A stretch of 64,000 bases of DNA, from the NCBI GenBank assembly GCA_937899245.1, contig CALDKB010000056.1, forward strand, positions 347-64,346. The letters run 5' to 3'. Each line of letters starts with the position of its first letter. Within the stretch, counting starts at the first letter, position 1. Shown piece after piece: positions 35,799 through 45,493 of the stretch. The position numbers were made by a program, and so were the translations under genes. Under the pieces are notes generated by a model. The model was not told where the DNA came from and ran no database searches. It worked only from the letters and a program-made list of their open reading frames with translations. The DNA comes from an uncultured Bacteroidales bacterium (lineage in GTDB: Bacteria; Bacteroidota; Bacteroidia; Bacteroidales; ML635J-15).

Positions 35799-36185
35799 AT
35801 GGAATACAGAACAAAGATAAGATTACGTATGAGTGCAAAAGACGCTCATTACGGTGGCAATTTGGTTGACGGTGCACACATGGTTCATCTTTTTGGTGAC
35901 GTTGCAACCGAACTTTTAATTATGCGTGACGGTGACGAAGGTCTATTCTGCGCATACGATATGATTGAATTCAAGGCTCCTGTATACGCAGGCGACTTTA
36001 TCGAAGCAGAAGGTTGGATCGACCGCGAAGGCAACACTTCTCGTCACATGATGTTCGAAGCTCGCAAGGTTGCTGTTGCTCGTCCCGACATTTCAGCATC
36101 TGCAGCAGACGAACTCGACGAACCTATTTTGGTTTGCCGTGCTTCTGGTACTTGTGTAACACCAAAAAATTGCCAGAGAAAGTAA
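35799..36185 (+). CDS. kal: Hot-dog-fold protein, probable 3-aminobutyryl-CoA ammonia-lyase (Kal)
   Basis: 128 aa. The size, the position next to kce, and the sequence [23 protein letters not shown] ... [16 protein letters not shown] fit a hot-dog fold. Confidence 0.55.
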   Translation: MEYRTKIRLRMSAKDAHYGGNLVDGAHMVHLFGDVATELLIMRDGDEGLFCAYDMIEFKAPVYAGDFIEAEGWIDREGNTSRHMMFEARKVAVARPDISASAADELDEPILVCRASGTCVTPKNCQRK

Positions 36186-36186
36186 T

Positions 36187-37017
36187 ATGGAAAAACTTAT
36201 CATCACAGCCGCTATCTGCGGTGCAGAAGTAACAAAGGAACAGAATCCTAACGTTCCTTATACAGTTGAAGAAATCGTACGCGAAGCAAAGTCGGCAGTT
36301 GATGCTGGCGCTGCTATCGTTCACCTTCACGTTCGTTTCGACGACGGTACTCCAACACAGAGCCGCGAACGTTTCCAGGAATGCACCGAAGCAATCCTAA
36401 AGGCTTGCCCGGATGTAATCCTTATCCCTTCAACAGGTGGTGCAGTTGGTATGACTCCAGACGAACGTTTACAGTCGACCGACACAACTCCAATTCCAGA
36501 AATGGCAACACTCGACTGCGGTACTTGCAACTTTGGCGACGAAATTTTCGACAACACAATGCCTACAATGCGTGCTTTCGGAAAACGTATGATCGAACGC
36601 GGAATTAAGCCAGAATACGAATGCTTCGAAATGGGTCATCTTGATACCATCTTGACAATGGCTCGCAAAGGACAGGTTCCTGGCGACCCGATGCAGTTCA
36701 ACTTCGTACTTGGTGTTCCTGGATGTACTCCGGCAACAGTTCCAAATCTTTGCTGGCTTGTAAACAACATTCCTGCTGGTTCTACATGGACAGTAACAGG
36801 TGTTGGCCGCAACGCATTCCCAATGGCTGCAGCAGCTATCGCAATGGGCGGTAATGTTCGCGTTGGTTTCGAAGACAACCTTTACCTTGAAAAGGGTGTT
36901 CTTGCAAAATCTAACGGCGAATTGGTTGCTAAGGTTGTAAGACTTGCCAAGGAACTTGGTCGTGGTATTGCAACTTCTGCTGAAGCTCGCCAGATTTTAG
37001 GCTTGAAAGCAAGATAA
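36187..37017 (+). CDS. kce: BKACE-family enzyme (DUF849), probable 3-keto-5-aminohexanoate cleavage enzyme (Kce)
   Basis: 276 aa. LIITAAICGAEVTKEQNPNVPYTVEEIVREAKSAVDAGAAIVHLHVR is the typical BKACE N-terminus. The start lies 1 nt after the kal stop. Confidence 0.7.
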   Translation: MEKLIITAAICGAEVTKEQNPNVPYTVEEIVREAKSAVDAGAAIVHLHVRFDDGTPTQSRERFQECTEAILKACPDVILIPSTGGAVGMTPDERLQSTDTTPIPEMATLDCGTCNFGDEIFDNTMPTMRAFGKRMIERGIKPEYECFEMGHLDTILTMARKGQVPGDPMQFNFVLGVPGCTPATVPNLCWLVNNIPAGSTWTVTGVGRNAFPMAAAAIAMGGNVRVGFEDNLYLEKGVLAKSNGELVAKVVRLAKELGRGIATSAEARQILGLKAR

Positions 37018-37040
37018 TAATTGCAAAATCAAATAGGAGA

Positions 37041-37066
37041 GGCTGTCCGAAAGGACGGCCTTTTTT
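37041..37066. terminator. Terminator shared by convergent kce and the SpoIIE-phosphatase gene
   Basis: GGCTGTCC-gaaa-GGACGGCC followed by T6. Confidence 0.75.
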
Positions 37067-37067
37067 G

Positions 37068-38954
37068 TTATTTGTACAATCCAACAACAAGGATGTCGTC
37101 GGTTTGTTCTTCGCTTCCTTTCCACGATTCCAACTTTTGCATGAGATATTTTTTTGCATCTTCAGGGTCCATGGTGGCGCACTCAAGCAGAATTTCACGG
37201 AAACGTGCATATTTCAATTTTCCACGGCCATCACTTCCAAATTGGTCGGGATATCCGTCGGAAGAAAGGAAAACAGCATCGCCGGCATTTAAGGTGATGG
37301 ACATTTCGTTAAAAGTCATGTCGTTCTGGCTGCCTAAAATTTCGTTTGCTGTTTTATGTTCCACGATGTTTCTGTCGGAAACGATCCATATCTTATGCTT
37401 TGAGCCAAGAAATTTCAATTCATTTCCGCAAATCCTGACGATTGACAGGCAAAGCGATTCTCCTTTCAAGTTGTCGGCAGAAGAGACTATTTGATAAAAA
37501 TCATTGTTTATCTCGCTGGCAATTTCTGCAAGTGAATCGTATTTTTCAATTGCCGAATACACCGACTTTATTCCCAAAACCGACAGAAAACCTCCCGAAA
37601 TTCCATGTCCGGTGCAGTCGCCTACAACAATATATTTTGCTTCTCCCTTATCCACGACAAGATTAAAATCGCCACCGACAGTTGTCTTTGGCAGATCAAG
37701 CACAAACATGTTGCTGCTGCGCGAGGAAGCGTTGTTCATGCATCCAAGCTGTATTTCGCGGGCATATTCGAGGTTGCTGGAAATTTCAGAGTCGCGGCGA
37801 GATAAATTTTCATTAGCAAACGAAAGCAATTTGTTGAGCTTATTTTTTTGTGCAAAAAGTAACAAAATGGCAACTATCGACAGAATGGCAAGCACTATTA
37901 TGGCGGCCAGAATGCAGTTTACGGTTTGTTGATGCTGTATTTTCTCGTCACGATGCTTAACTTCGATGTCGGCTTTTTCCTGGACATATTTATTTTCCAA
38001 GGCGTTAAGTTTTTCGTTTAACTCGTAGGAATAGACGCTGTCTTCCAACTCTATCATCTTTTCGAGATAAAAATTAGAATTTTCATAGTCTCCCAGGCGC
38101 ATATAATAGTCGTGGTAGTTTTGATACAGCGAGATTTGAATGTCGTTGAATGAATTTTTCCTACAGATGCTGTCGGCAATTACTAATCTAGACATTGCAT
38201 CATCAAACTTTTCGTTTTCAATATCAGCAGAAATCATATTGTTCAGCACTTGTGCATAAGTGTATACGTCGTCGCCCTGCTGAAGTAGTTCGATTAGAGT
38301 TTCGTATGTCCTTTGCGATTTTTCGTTTTGTCCAATATGGTGTTGAAGGTAAGCAATGTTGTTGTAAAGGGCTATTTTTGTGTTTATGTCGGTAGAAATA
38401 TTTAAAGCGCTGTCGTAGTATAAAAGGATTGAGTCGTACATTTCATCGTAGTAGAAAAGGTTTGCCTTGTTTACCATCGGTGCCACAACAGCTTCTGGAT
38501 TGCTAATAATTTTAGCATTTTCAATGGCAAGGTCATAATATTTCTTTGCAACATTTGCAATTCCGTATTCTTGGTATATGATTCCCATGTCGTTGTGAAC
38601 CATATACATAATGTCGGGGTTATTTAGTCTCTTGGCAATTCTTTCGGCGCTCTCGTAGTTTTCGATAGCATTCTGGAAATTACCGCGTTTGTAATTTACA
38701 AGTCCTATTTCCCTGTATGCAACAGCTATCTGTTTGTAGGCTCCGTATGGGCGAGCATATGCGATTGCCGTGTCGGCGTATTTCTCGGCGATATTGATGT
38801 CGCTGTTAATATATATGCATGCTAGTTCGTTATATATTGCTGCCTTTGCTGTGTCGTGGCTACAACATAACATTTGTTTCAGCGAGTCTGCGTTTTCTTG
38901 GGCATAGGTAGAAAATGACAGGAACAGAATTATTATAGCAAGAACTTTCTTCAT
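37068..38954 (-). CDS. TPR-repeat sensor with one TM helix and a C-terminal PP2C/SpoIIE phosphatase domain
   Basis: 628 aa. It has a signal/anchor, about 7 TPR-like repeats, the TM helix ILAAIIVLAILSIVAILLLF, and a SpoIIE-type core (GGDFNLV ... GDCTGHGISGG ... SSDGYPDQF ... QTDDILVVG). Confidence 0.8.
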   Translation of the reverse strand: MKKVLAIIILFLSFSTYAQENADSLKQMLCCSHDTAKAAIYNELACIYINSDINIAEKYADTAIAYARPYGAYKQIAVAYREIGLVNYKRGNFQNAIENYESAERIAKRLNNPDIMYMVHNDMGIIYQEYGIANVAKKYYDLAIENAKIISNPEAVVAPMVNKANLFYYDEMYDSILLYYDSALNISTDINTKIALYNNIAYLQHHIGQNEKSQRTYETLIELLQQGDDVYTYAQVLNNMISADIENEKFDDAMSRLVIADSICRKNSFNDIQISLYQNYHDYYMRLGDYENSNFYLEKMIELEDSVYSYELNEKLNALENKYVQEKADIEVKHRDEKIQHQQTVNCILAAIIVLAILSIVAILLLFAQKNKLNKLLSFANENLSRRDSEISSNLEYAREIQLGCMNNASSRSSNMFVLDLPKTTVGGDFNLVVDKGEAKYIVVGDCTGHGISGGFLSVLGIKSVYSAIEKYDSLAEIASEINNDFYQIVSSADNLKGESLCLSIVRICGNELKFLGSKHKIWIVSDRNIVEHKTANEILGSQNDMTFNEMSITLNAGDAVFLSSDGYPDQFGSDGRGKLKYARFREILLECATMDPEDAKKYLMQKLESWKGSEEQTDDILVVGLYK

Positions 38955-38957
38955 TTT

Positions 38958-40436
38958 CTATTTTGATATCTTGCCAATTGTCTTTCTCCAAATTTCAGAG
39001 ATATCGTCGGAAACATTGAAGTAGATGCTCGGAACCACAAACACTATGCATAATACAGCTGAACGTACTGCAAGGTCAACTATCAGGTTGCCAAGATCGG
39101 GTATTAGCAACGAAATCCCATATGCGATGGCTCCGAACAGAATTATCAGCAGGTGTTTTCTGCAATATGGGTGAAATTTGAATATTATCCGTACGAACAG
39201 CAGTCGTATAATCGAATAAATGAGGAAAGAAAGCATAGATGCGACGGCCGCCCCTGTGATTCCGTATATCGGAAGCAGCCAGATGTTGAATACCGTAATC
39301 ATCACAATAAGGACAATCATTATCAGTGTGTGGTACCGGTAGTATTTGCTATACTGGATAATTTCGCCACTAATGCTGGCAGCCATCTGGAAAAGGTGCG
39401 AAATGGCAATGAAAAGTATAACATAACGTCCGTTGGCATATTCTGCAGGAAGTATATTCAGGATATTGTCGATGTTGCCCCAGACCAGAATAAACAGGAA
39501 TATGCCGATAACAAGCATGTTGGTTGTACATTTTCTAAAAACCTTGTTGACGTTTTCGTAGTCGTCCTGCTTGAAAGACTCGGAAATAACCGTGCTTGAA
39601 ATCCTTATTATTGAGCGTCCTGGCAACAGTATCATTGAGCCGAAGTAAAATGCAATGGAATATATGCCCGTGGCGCTAAGATCGCAGTAATGGTTGATGA
39701 AATATCGGTCTATCTGGTTTACAAACACACCGCTGAAACTGGAAATAACGCCAAAGAAAGCAACCGAGGCCATTGCCCTTACAAATTCGCGGGTAAGCAT
39801 TTTTTTCGACGGGCGCAGCGACATGTTCCCTTGGAAAATAAGCAGGGCAAGAAGTAGCACCGTTGGCATTCCATAGGCGGCTACATAGTATATGATGAAT
39901 CCGTTGAAGTCGAGTACGTCGAAATAGAACAGCCCGATTCCGATTAAATTAAGTATGCGCAGCAGGAATTCCTTGACGAAGAGTCCGAACGATGAGTTGT
40001 AGAACATTCGGTTGTATATGTCGGAAAGCAGGTAGAAAATCGTGATGTATATCAGCGGTAGCAACAGGAAAACATAGTCGGCAAACAGTTTTGACTTTTC
40101 TGCATTCGATTCCACCAGATAGTCGTGTGCGCCAAAATATCCGGCTGTGCATATGAGCGAACCTATTATTCCGATGGCAACCAGCAGTAGCGGAAACCCG
40201 TTGTGTTTGTGTTCGGGGTCGCGGAAGTACGGAAAGAACCGGACTATGACATTTGTAAATCCGAAGCATCCGAGCTGACCGACAATCGACGATATTGCAA
40301 CAAGCAGATTTGTAAGGCCTATTTCGTCGGAACTGAAAATCTGAGGCATCAGCAGAGCAACATTCACAAATCCGATGAATGCGCCAAGATACGAATATAT
40401 CGATCCCTTTATTGTCTGTTTTGCAATGAGTCCCAT
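38958..40436 (-). CDS. Wzx-type oligosaccharide/polysaccharide flippase (MOP superfamily)
   Basis: 492 aa with about 12-14 TM helices. The N-terminus KQTIKGSIYSYLGAFIGFVNVALLMPQIFSSDEIGL is typical of Bacteroidota lipopolysaccharide-biosynthesis flippases. Confidence 0.7.
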   Translation of the reverse strand: MGLIAKQTIKGSIYSYLGAFIGFVNVALLMPQIFSSDEIGLTNLLVAISSIVGQLGCFGFTNVIVRFFPYFRDPEHKHNGFPLLLVAIGIIGSLICTAGYFGAHDYLVESNAEKSKLFADYVFLLLPLIYITIFYLLSDIYNRMFYNSSFGLFVKEFLLRILNLIGIGLFYFDVLDFNGFIIYYVAAYGMPTVLLLALLIFQGNMSLRPSKKMLTREFVRAMASVAFFGVISSFSGVFVNQIDRYFINHYCDLSATGIYSIAFYFGSMILLPGRSIIRISSTVISESFKQDDYENVNKVFRKCTTNMLVIGIFLFILVWGNIDNILNILPAEYANGRYVILFIAISHLFQMAASISGEIIQYSKYYRYHTLIMIVLIVMITVFNIWLLPIYGITGAAVASMLSFLIYSIIRLLFVRIIFKFHPYCRKHLLIILFGAIAYGISLLIPDLGNLIVDLAVRSAVLCIVFVVPSIYFNVSDDISEIWRKTIGKISK

Positions 40437-40960
40437 AAAAGGTTTATTCGGTCTTTCGATTTGATTTTTTCAAGTGGAATGTTGTATGCGCTAGTGATAA
40501 GGTGGTCGGAACGCAACGCTTGGATGGTGTTGCTGTTGTCGAATGAACTGTCGTTGCGGACAATAAATAGGAAGTCGAAGTTTTTGAACTCGTCAAGAAG
40601 ATAACAGCCGTTGTTCCGATTTGAAATCAGAAGAACTTCCGATTTTTTTGAGCTATTTATGGCATTGCCGAAAACAGAGAACATGTTTGGTTTGTTCTGT
40701 CCAAAATCGAAAGACATTTCCTCTGTTTGATGCATTTTTTCTGTTGTAATTTCTGGCAGGAGGAAAAAGTCGGTGCCAAGCGGCTTGTTTAAACTCCATG
40801 CTAGCTTGTAGTCGCTTTCGACAGACGAAATTCCAAAAATTTGGAAATTCATGCTCGGCATATAGTCCAATTTTACCTTCGATGTCTTCATTGATGCAAA
40901 CTTACATAAAAAATTATTAGCGGTGGTAAATGTTGAGGAAATTCTTTTGATTCCAGACAT
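40409..40960 (-). CDS. Conserved hypothetical protein (possibly the IPExxxVDY family); alternative start at ATG 40891
   Basis: The FQIFGISSVESDYKLAWSLNKPLG motif resembles that family as I recall it, but the C-terminal motif is degenerate (NIPLEKIKSKD). It overlaps the flippase start by 28 nt. Confidence 0.45.
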   Translation of the reverse strand: MSGIKRISSTFTTANNFLCKFASMKTSKVKLDYMPSMNFQIFGISSVESDYKLAWSLNKPLGTDFFLLPEITTEKMHQTEEMSFDFGQNKPNMFSVFGNAINSSKKSEVLLISNRNNGCYLLDEFKNFDFLFIVRNDSSFDNSNTIQALRSDHLITSAYNIPLEKIKSKDRINLLWDSLQNRQ

Positions 40961-41020
40961 TTATTTTATTAAAAAAAATGCCCTATCCATTTTCGCTTGT
41001 TTTTCGGGAATTAAGAAAAC

Positions 41021-42967
41021 TTATTTCGTCATTTCAAACTCCTCCATCTCCATGCTTGCTTCCTCCCACACGCTCATCTGCTGCTCGAGTTCCTCATTTA
41101 GCTTTGAGGACATTTTGTAGGCGGTTTCGAGTTTCTGCGGTTCAATAGCGGAGTTCGACATAAGTTCGTTAAGACCGGCAATTTCAGATTCAAGTCTTTC
41201 GATTTCGGCTTCGGCCTTGTCGATTCGGTTCTGTATGGCACGACGGCGCTTGTTGAGTTCCTTGTTTTCCAAGTATCTCTGCTTGTTGTCTGAAATTTGA
41301 CTTTCAGACTTTGTCTCTGCTATTTTACGGTCCTTGATTTCAATTTCGCGCATATCCTCTATTTTCTTGTTGCGCAGGAAATCGTAGATGCCGCCAACGT
41401 GAAGGCGTATTTTCTTGTTCTTGAACTCGTAGACTTTCGATACAAGACCATCGAGGAAATATCGGTCGTGCGAAACAATTATCAACGTTCCGTCGTAATT
41501 CTGCAGCGCTTGTTTCAGAATGTCTTTTGAGCGTATGTCGAGGTGGTTGGTCGGTTCGTCGAGCACAAGCAGGTTGTATGGCTGTAGCAGAAGTTTTGCC
41601 AGCGACAGGCGCGAATGTTCGCCTCCCGACAGTACTTTCACCTTCTTGTCGATATCTTCGCCCGAGAATAGGAATGCACCGAGAATATCGCGGATTTTTG
41701 TTCGAATGTCGCCAACGGCAATGCGGTCGAGGGTTTCGAAAACAGTCAGTTCCGGATCCAAAAGCTCGTCTTGATTCTGTGCAAAATAGCCGATATTTAT
41801 GTTGTGTCCGATTTTTAGTTCACCGGTATATTCGGCCTCTCCGATAATTACTTTTGAAAGTGTTGTTTTTCCTTCTCCGTTACGACCGACAAAGGCAATC
41901 TTTTCGCCGCGCTCCACAACCAAGTCGATACGGTCGAGAATAAGGTTTTCGCCATAACTTTTACTCAACTCCTTTGTCTCTACAACAATGTCGCCCGAAC
42001 GAGGTGCTGGAGCAAACTTAATGTGCATTGCGGCGTTGTCGAGGTCATCGACTTCGATGATGTCAAGTTTTTCAAGTTGCTTTATTCGCGATTGCACCTG
42101 ATTCGACTTTGTCGGCTTGTAGCGGAATCGCTCGATGAAGTCTTCTGTGTCCTTGATTAGTTTCTGCTGGTTTTCGTAGGCCGCCAGTTGTTGCTGTACG
42201 CGTTCTTGCTGCAGGACCTTGAATTTCGAGTACGAAACTTTGTAGTCGTACAGTTTGCCAAGATTTATTTCGATTGTGCGGTTTGTTACGTTGTCGAGAA
42301 ATGCACGGTCGTGCGAAATAAGCAGAACCGCCCCTCTGTATGCCTGCAAGAAATCTTCGAGCCATTGTATTGACTCAATATCCAGGTGGTTTGTCGGCTC
42401 GTCGAGAAGTATAAGGTCTGGATTCTGAAGAAGGATTTTTGCAAGTTCCACACGCATTCTCCATCCGCCGCTGAATTCCGAAATCTTGCGGTTGAAATCG
42501 CTGCGCAAGAAGCCAAGACCGCGAAGAATACGTTCGATTTCAGATTCCATGTTATTGACACCTACAATTTGCAGATGCTCGTTCAGGTGGGCAAGATTTT
42601 CAGCCAGCTTGATGTACGAATCGCTTTCGTAGTCGGTGCGGCTCTCAAGTTCGGATGCAAGGCCGTCTATTTCGTTCTGTATGCTCGAAATGGTATCAAA
42701 AGCTTTTTTAGTCTCTTCAAGAACGGTGTTCTGCGTGGATGCAAGATTCATTTGCTGGGGCAGATAGCCAATGCTTATGCCTGCCGGCTTCGATACGTTT
42801 CCTTCTGTAGGAGAAACTAGTCCGTAGATGACTTTCAGCAGAGTTGATTTTCCTGCACCGTTTTTCCCCACAAGACCGATCCTGTCGCGAGGGTTTATCA
42901 TGAAGCCAATGCCTGAAAAAAGCTCAAATCCGCCAAAACGGATGGTTATGTTGTCTATCGATACCAT
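41021..42967 (-). CDS. ABC-F family ATPase (two ABC cassettes plus a C-terminal coiled coil)
   Basis: 648 aa. Walker A motifs GKNGAGKST and GRNGEGKTT, signatures SGGWRMRV and SGGEHSRL, no TM domain. Confidence 0.9.
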   Translation of the reverse strand: MVSIDNITIRFGGFELFSGIGFMINPRDRIGLVGKNGAGKSTLLKVIYGLVSPTEGNVSKPAGISIGYLPQQMNLASTQNTVLEETKKAFDTISSIQNEIDGLASELESRTDYESDSYIKLAENLAHLNEHLQIVGVNNMESEIERILRGLGFLRSDFNRKISEFSGGWRMRVELAKILLQNPDLILLDEPTNHLDIESIQWLEDFLQAYRGAVLLISHDRAFLDNVTNRTIEINLGKLYDYKVSYSKFKVLQQERVQQQLAAYENQQKLIKDTEDFIERFRYKPTKSNQVQSRIKQLEKLDIIEVDDLDNAAMHIKFAPAPRSGDIVVETKELSKSYGENLILDRIDLVVERGEKIAFVGRNGEGKTTLSKVIIGEAEYTGELKIGHNINIGYFAQNQDELLDPELTVFETLDRIAVGDIRTKIRDILGAFLFSGEDIDKKVKVLSGGEHSRLSLAKLLLQPYNLLVLDEPTNHLDIRSKDILKQALQNYDGTLIIVSHDRYFLDGLVSKVYEFKNKKIRLHVGGIYDFLRNKKIEDMREIEIKDRKIAETKSESQISDNKQRYLENKELNKRRRAIQNRIDKAEAEIERLESEIAGLNELMSNSAIEPQKLETAYKMSSKLNEELEQQMSVWEEASMEMEEFEMTK

Positions 42968-43110
42968 CTTCCTGAAATTTTGTGCGAAAGTAATTCATTT
43001 TTATCGCATGAAGAAATCAATATATAGTTTCTAGGCCCTTATGCATCTGAATAAATATCACCTACAAAGCAAACATCTTAAACAATAGTATGTAAATCTC
43101 AAATTCTTCT

Positions 43111-43118
43111 TATCTTTG
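43111..43118 (+). promoter_or_regulatory. -7 box TATCTTTG upstream of the purM-like gene
   Basis: Match to TAnnTTTG. The track's TTG start at 43116 is part of this box. The real ATG is 43140. Confidence 0.45.
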
Positions 43119-43139
43119 CAACCTAAATTAAACAAACTT

Positions 43140-44309
43140 ATGTCAGATAGTTTAAGATATAATTTGCGAGGAGTTTCCGCATCCAAGGAAGACGTTCACA
43201 ATGCAATAAAGAACATCGACAAGGGCTTATACCCCAAGTCATTCTGCAAGATTATCCCCGATATACTTTGTGGTGACGAGGAATACTGCAACATTATGCA
43301 TGCCGATGGCGCTGGCACAAAGTCGTCGCTTGCATATATGTACTGGAAGGAAACTGGTGACCTTTCTGTATGGAAGGGGATTGCTATCGACGCAATAGTA
43401 ATGAATACAGACGACCTTCTTTGTGTAGGCGCAATAGATAACATTCTGCTTTCGTCAACAATAGGCCGCAACAAGCGCCTTGTTCCCGGAGAGGTAATTT
43501 CGGCTATAATCAATGGAACTCAGGAATTCTGCGATACAATGCGCGATTATGGCGTTAACATAGTGCTTACTGGTGGCGAAACTGCCGACGTTGGCGATCT
43601 TGTCAGGACTATCATCGTAGATTCCACAGTAACATGCCGCATGAAGCGCAAGGATCTTATCACAAACGAGAATATAGCTGCAGGAAATGTTATCGTCGGA
43701 CTGGCATCATACGGTCAGGCAAAATACGAGACTTTTTATAACGGCGGAATGGGCAGCAACGGTTTGACATCTGCACGCCACGATGTCTTTGCAAAGTATC
43801 TTGCCGAGAAATATCCGGAAAGCTACGACGATAAAATTCCAAACGAACTCGTATATTCTGGCAAATGCAAGCTTACCGACAAACTCGAAAGCCCGTATGC
43901 GGATGCAGGAAAACTTGTTCTTTCGCCGACACGTACTTATGCTCCTGTAATCAGGGAAATCCTGAAGAATTATCGTTCTCAGATCAATGGTATTATTCAC
44001 TGCAGCGGCGGCGCACAGACAAAAATCTTGAACTTTGTCGACAATTTGCATATCGTAAAGGACAATATGTTTGACACTCCGTTGTTGTTTAAACTTATTC
44101 AGGAACAGAGCGGTACCGATTGGAAGGAAATGTACAAGGTTTTCAATATGGGTCACCGTATGGAATTGTATGTTCCGGAAAATATCGCTAACGATATTAT
44201 TGCAATTAGCCAGAGCTTCGGTGTAGATGCAAAGGTTATCGGACATTGCGAAAAGTGCGAAGGCAAAAAGTTGACAATCAAGTCGGACAAGGGAACTTTC
44301 GAATACTAA
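43140..44309 (+). CDS. purM: AIR synthase-related protein (phosphoribosylformylglycinamidine cyclo-ligase-like)
   Basis: PurM-family motifs HADGAGTK, TGGETAD, GMGSNGLTS, PTRTYAP, HCSGGAQTK and FNMGHRM. Confidence 0.7.
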   Translation: MSDSLRYNLRGVSASKEDVHNAIKNIDKGLYPKSFCKIIPDILCGDEEYCNIMHADGAGTKSSLAYMYWKETGDLSVWKGIAIDAIVMNTDDLLCVGAIDNILLSSTIGRNKRLVPGEVISAIINGTQEFCDTMRDYGVNIVLTGGETADVGDLVRTIIVDSTVTCRMKRKDLITNENIAAGNVIVGLASYGQAKYETFYNGGMGSNGLTSARHDVFAKYLAEKYPESYDDKIPNELVYSGKCKLTDKLESPYADAGKLVLSPTRTYAPVIREILKNYRSQINGIIHCSGGAQTKILNFVDNLHIVKDNMFDTPLLFKLIQEQSGTDWKEMYKVFNMGHRMELYVPENIANDIIAISQSFGVDAKVIGHCEKCEGKKLTIKSDKGTFEY

Positions 44310-44345
44310 TCTTCAAATATTCAAATCATCAAACAAGACAAATAG

Positions 44346-45431
44346 ATGGCAAACTTACTGATACTAGAAAAACTTCAAGGAGTAAAGGCAAGATTCATCG
44401 AGGTTGGAAAAATGCTTACCGACCAGTCGATAATGTCCGACATGGACAAATATGTAAAGTTAAACAAGGAATACAAGGATCTTGAGCCAATTATCGAGGC
44501 ATACGACGAATATTCGAACATGATTTCCAACATTGATAATGCCAAGGCAATTCTTTCGACAGAAAAGGACGAGGAGATGCGCGAAATGGCAAAGATGGAA
44601 ATTGATGAGCTTACGGCGCAAATCGAACCGATGGAAGAAAAAATAAAGCTGTTGCTTATCCCTAAGGATCCTGAAGATGAAAAGAATGCAATCGTTGAAA
44701 TCCGAGGTGGAGCAGGAGGCGATGAGGCAAGTTTGTTCGCCGGCGAGCTTATGCGTATGTATGTAAAATACTGCGAAACAAAGGGTTGGAAAACCGAAAT
44801 TACGCGTGCAACCGAAGGTACTGTTGGCGGTTACAAGGAAGTTGTCTTCACGGTTACTGGTCATGGCGTATATGGAATATTGAAATATGAATCGGGAGTT
44901 CACCGTGTTCAGCGTGTTCCGCAGACCGAAACTCAGGGCCGAGTTCATACTTCGGCGGCATCTGTTGCTGTTTTGCCTGAAGCCGATGAGGTTGATGTTA
45001 AGATAAACCCTGCTGACATCAAGCGTGATGAATTTTGCTCGTCGGGACCTGGCGGACAGTCTGTCAACACAACATATTCGGCAATTCGACTTACTCATAT
45101 TCCAACAGGTATTGTTGTAACATGCCAGGATGAAAAGTCGAAGCTTAAGAATATCGAGTCGGCAATGAAGGAACTTCGTACTCGTTTGTATAATCTCGAA
45201 TATCAGAAATATCTTGACGAGATTTCAAAGAAACGTAAGACAATGGTTTCTACGGGTGACCGTTCGGCAAAAATTCGTACCTACAATTTCCCGCAGGGAC
45301 GTGTTACCGACCATCGTATCAACTACACAATGTACAACCTGCAGAACTTCATGCTCGGTGATATCGATGAACTGGTTGACCAGCTGATTATGGCAGAAAA
45401 TGCAGAGCGTCTAAAGGAAGCCAACGACTAA
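44346..45431 (+). CDS. prfA: Peptide chain release factor 1
   Basis: 361 aa. GGQ motif (GPGGQSVNTT) and PxT-type tripeptide PQT in RVQRVPQTETQGRVHTS. Confidence 0.95.
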   Translation: MANLLILEKLQGVKARFIEVGKMLTDQSIMSDMDKYVKLNKEYKDLEPIIEAYDEYSNMISNIDNAKAILSTEKDEEMREMAKMEIDELTAQIEPMEEKIKLLLIPKDPEDEKNAIVEIRGGAGGDEASLFAGELMRMYVKYCETKGWKTEITRATEGTVGGYKEVVFTVTGHGVYGILKYESGVHRVQRVPQTETQGRVHTSAASVAVLPEADEVDVKINPADIKRDEFCSSGPGGQSVNTTYSAIRLTHIPTGIVVTCQDEKSKLKNIESAMKELRTRLYNLEYQKYLDEISKKRKTMVSTGDRSAKIRTYNFPQGRVTDHRINYTMYNLQNFMLGDIDELVDQLIMAENAERLKEAND

Positions 45432-45447
45432 ACAAGATAGTTGAAAA

Positions 45448-45479
45448 ATAAAAGGTCGCCATTTGGCGACCTTTTTTTT
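45448..45479. terminator. Bidirectional terminator between prfA and the CHAT gene
   Basis: AAAGGTCGCC-attt-GGCGACCTTT followed by T8. Confidence 0.8.
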
Positions 45480-45493
45480 ATTCTCATATTTGA

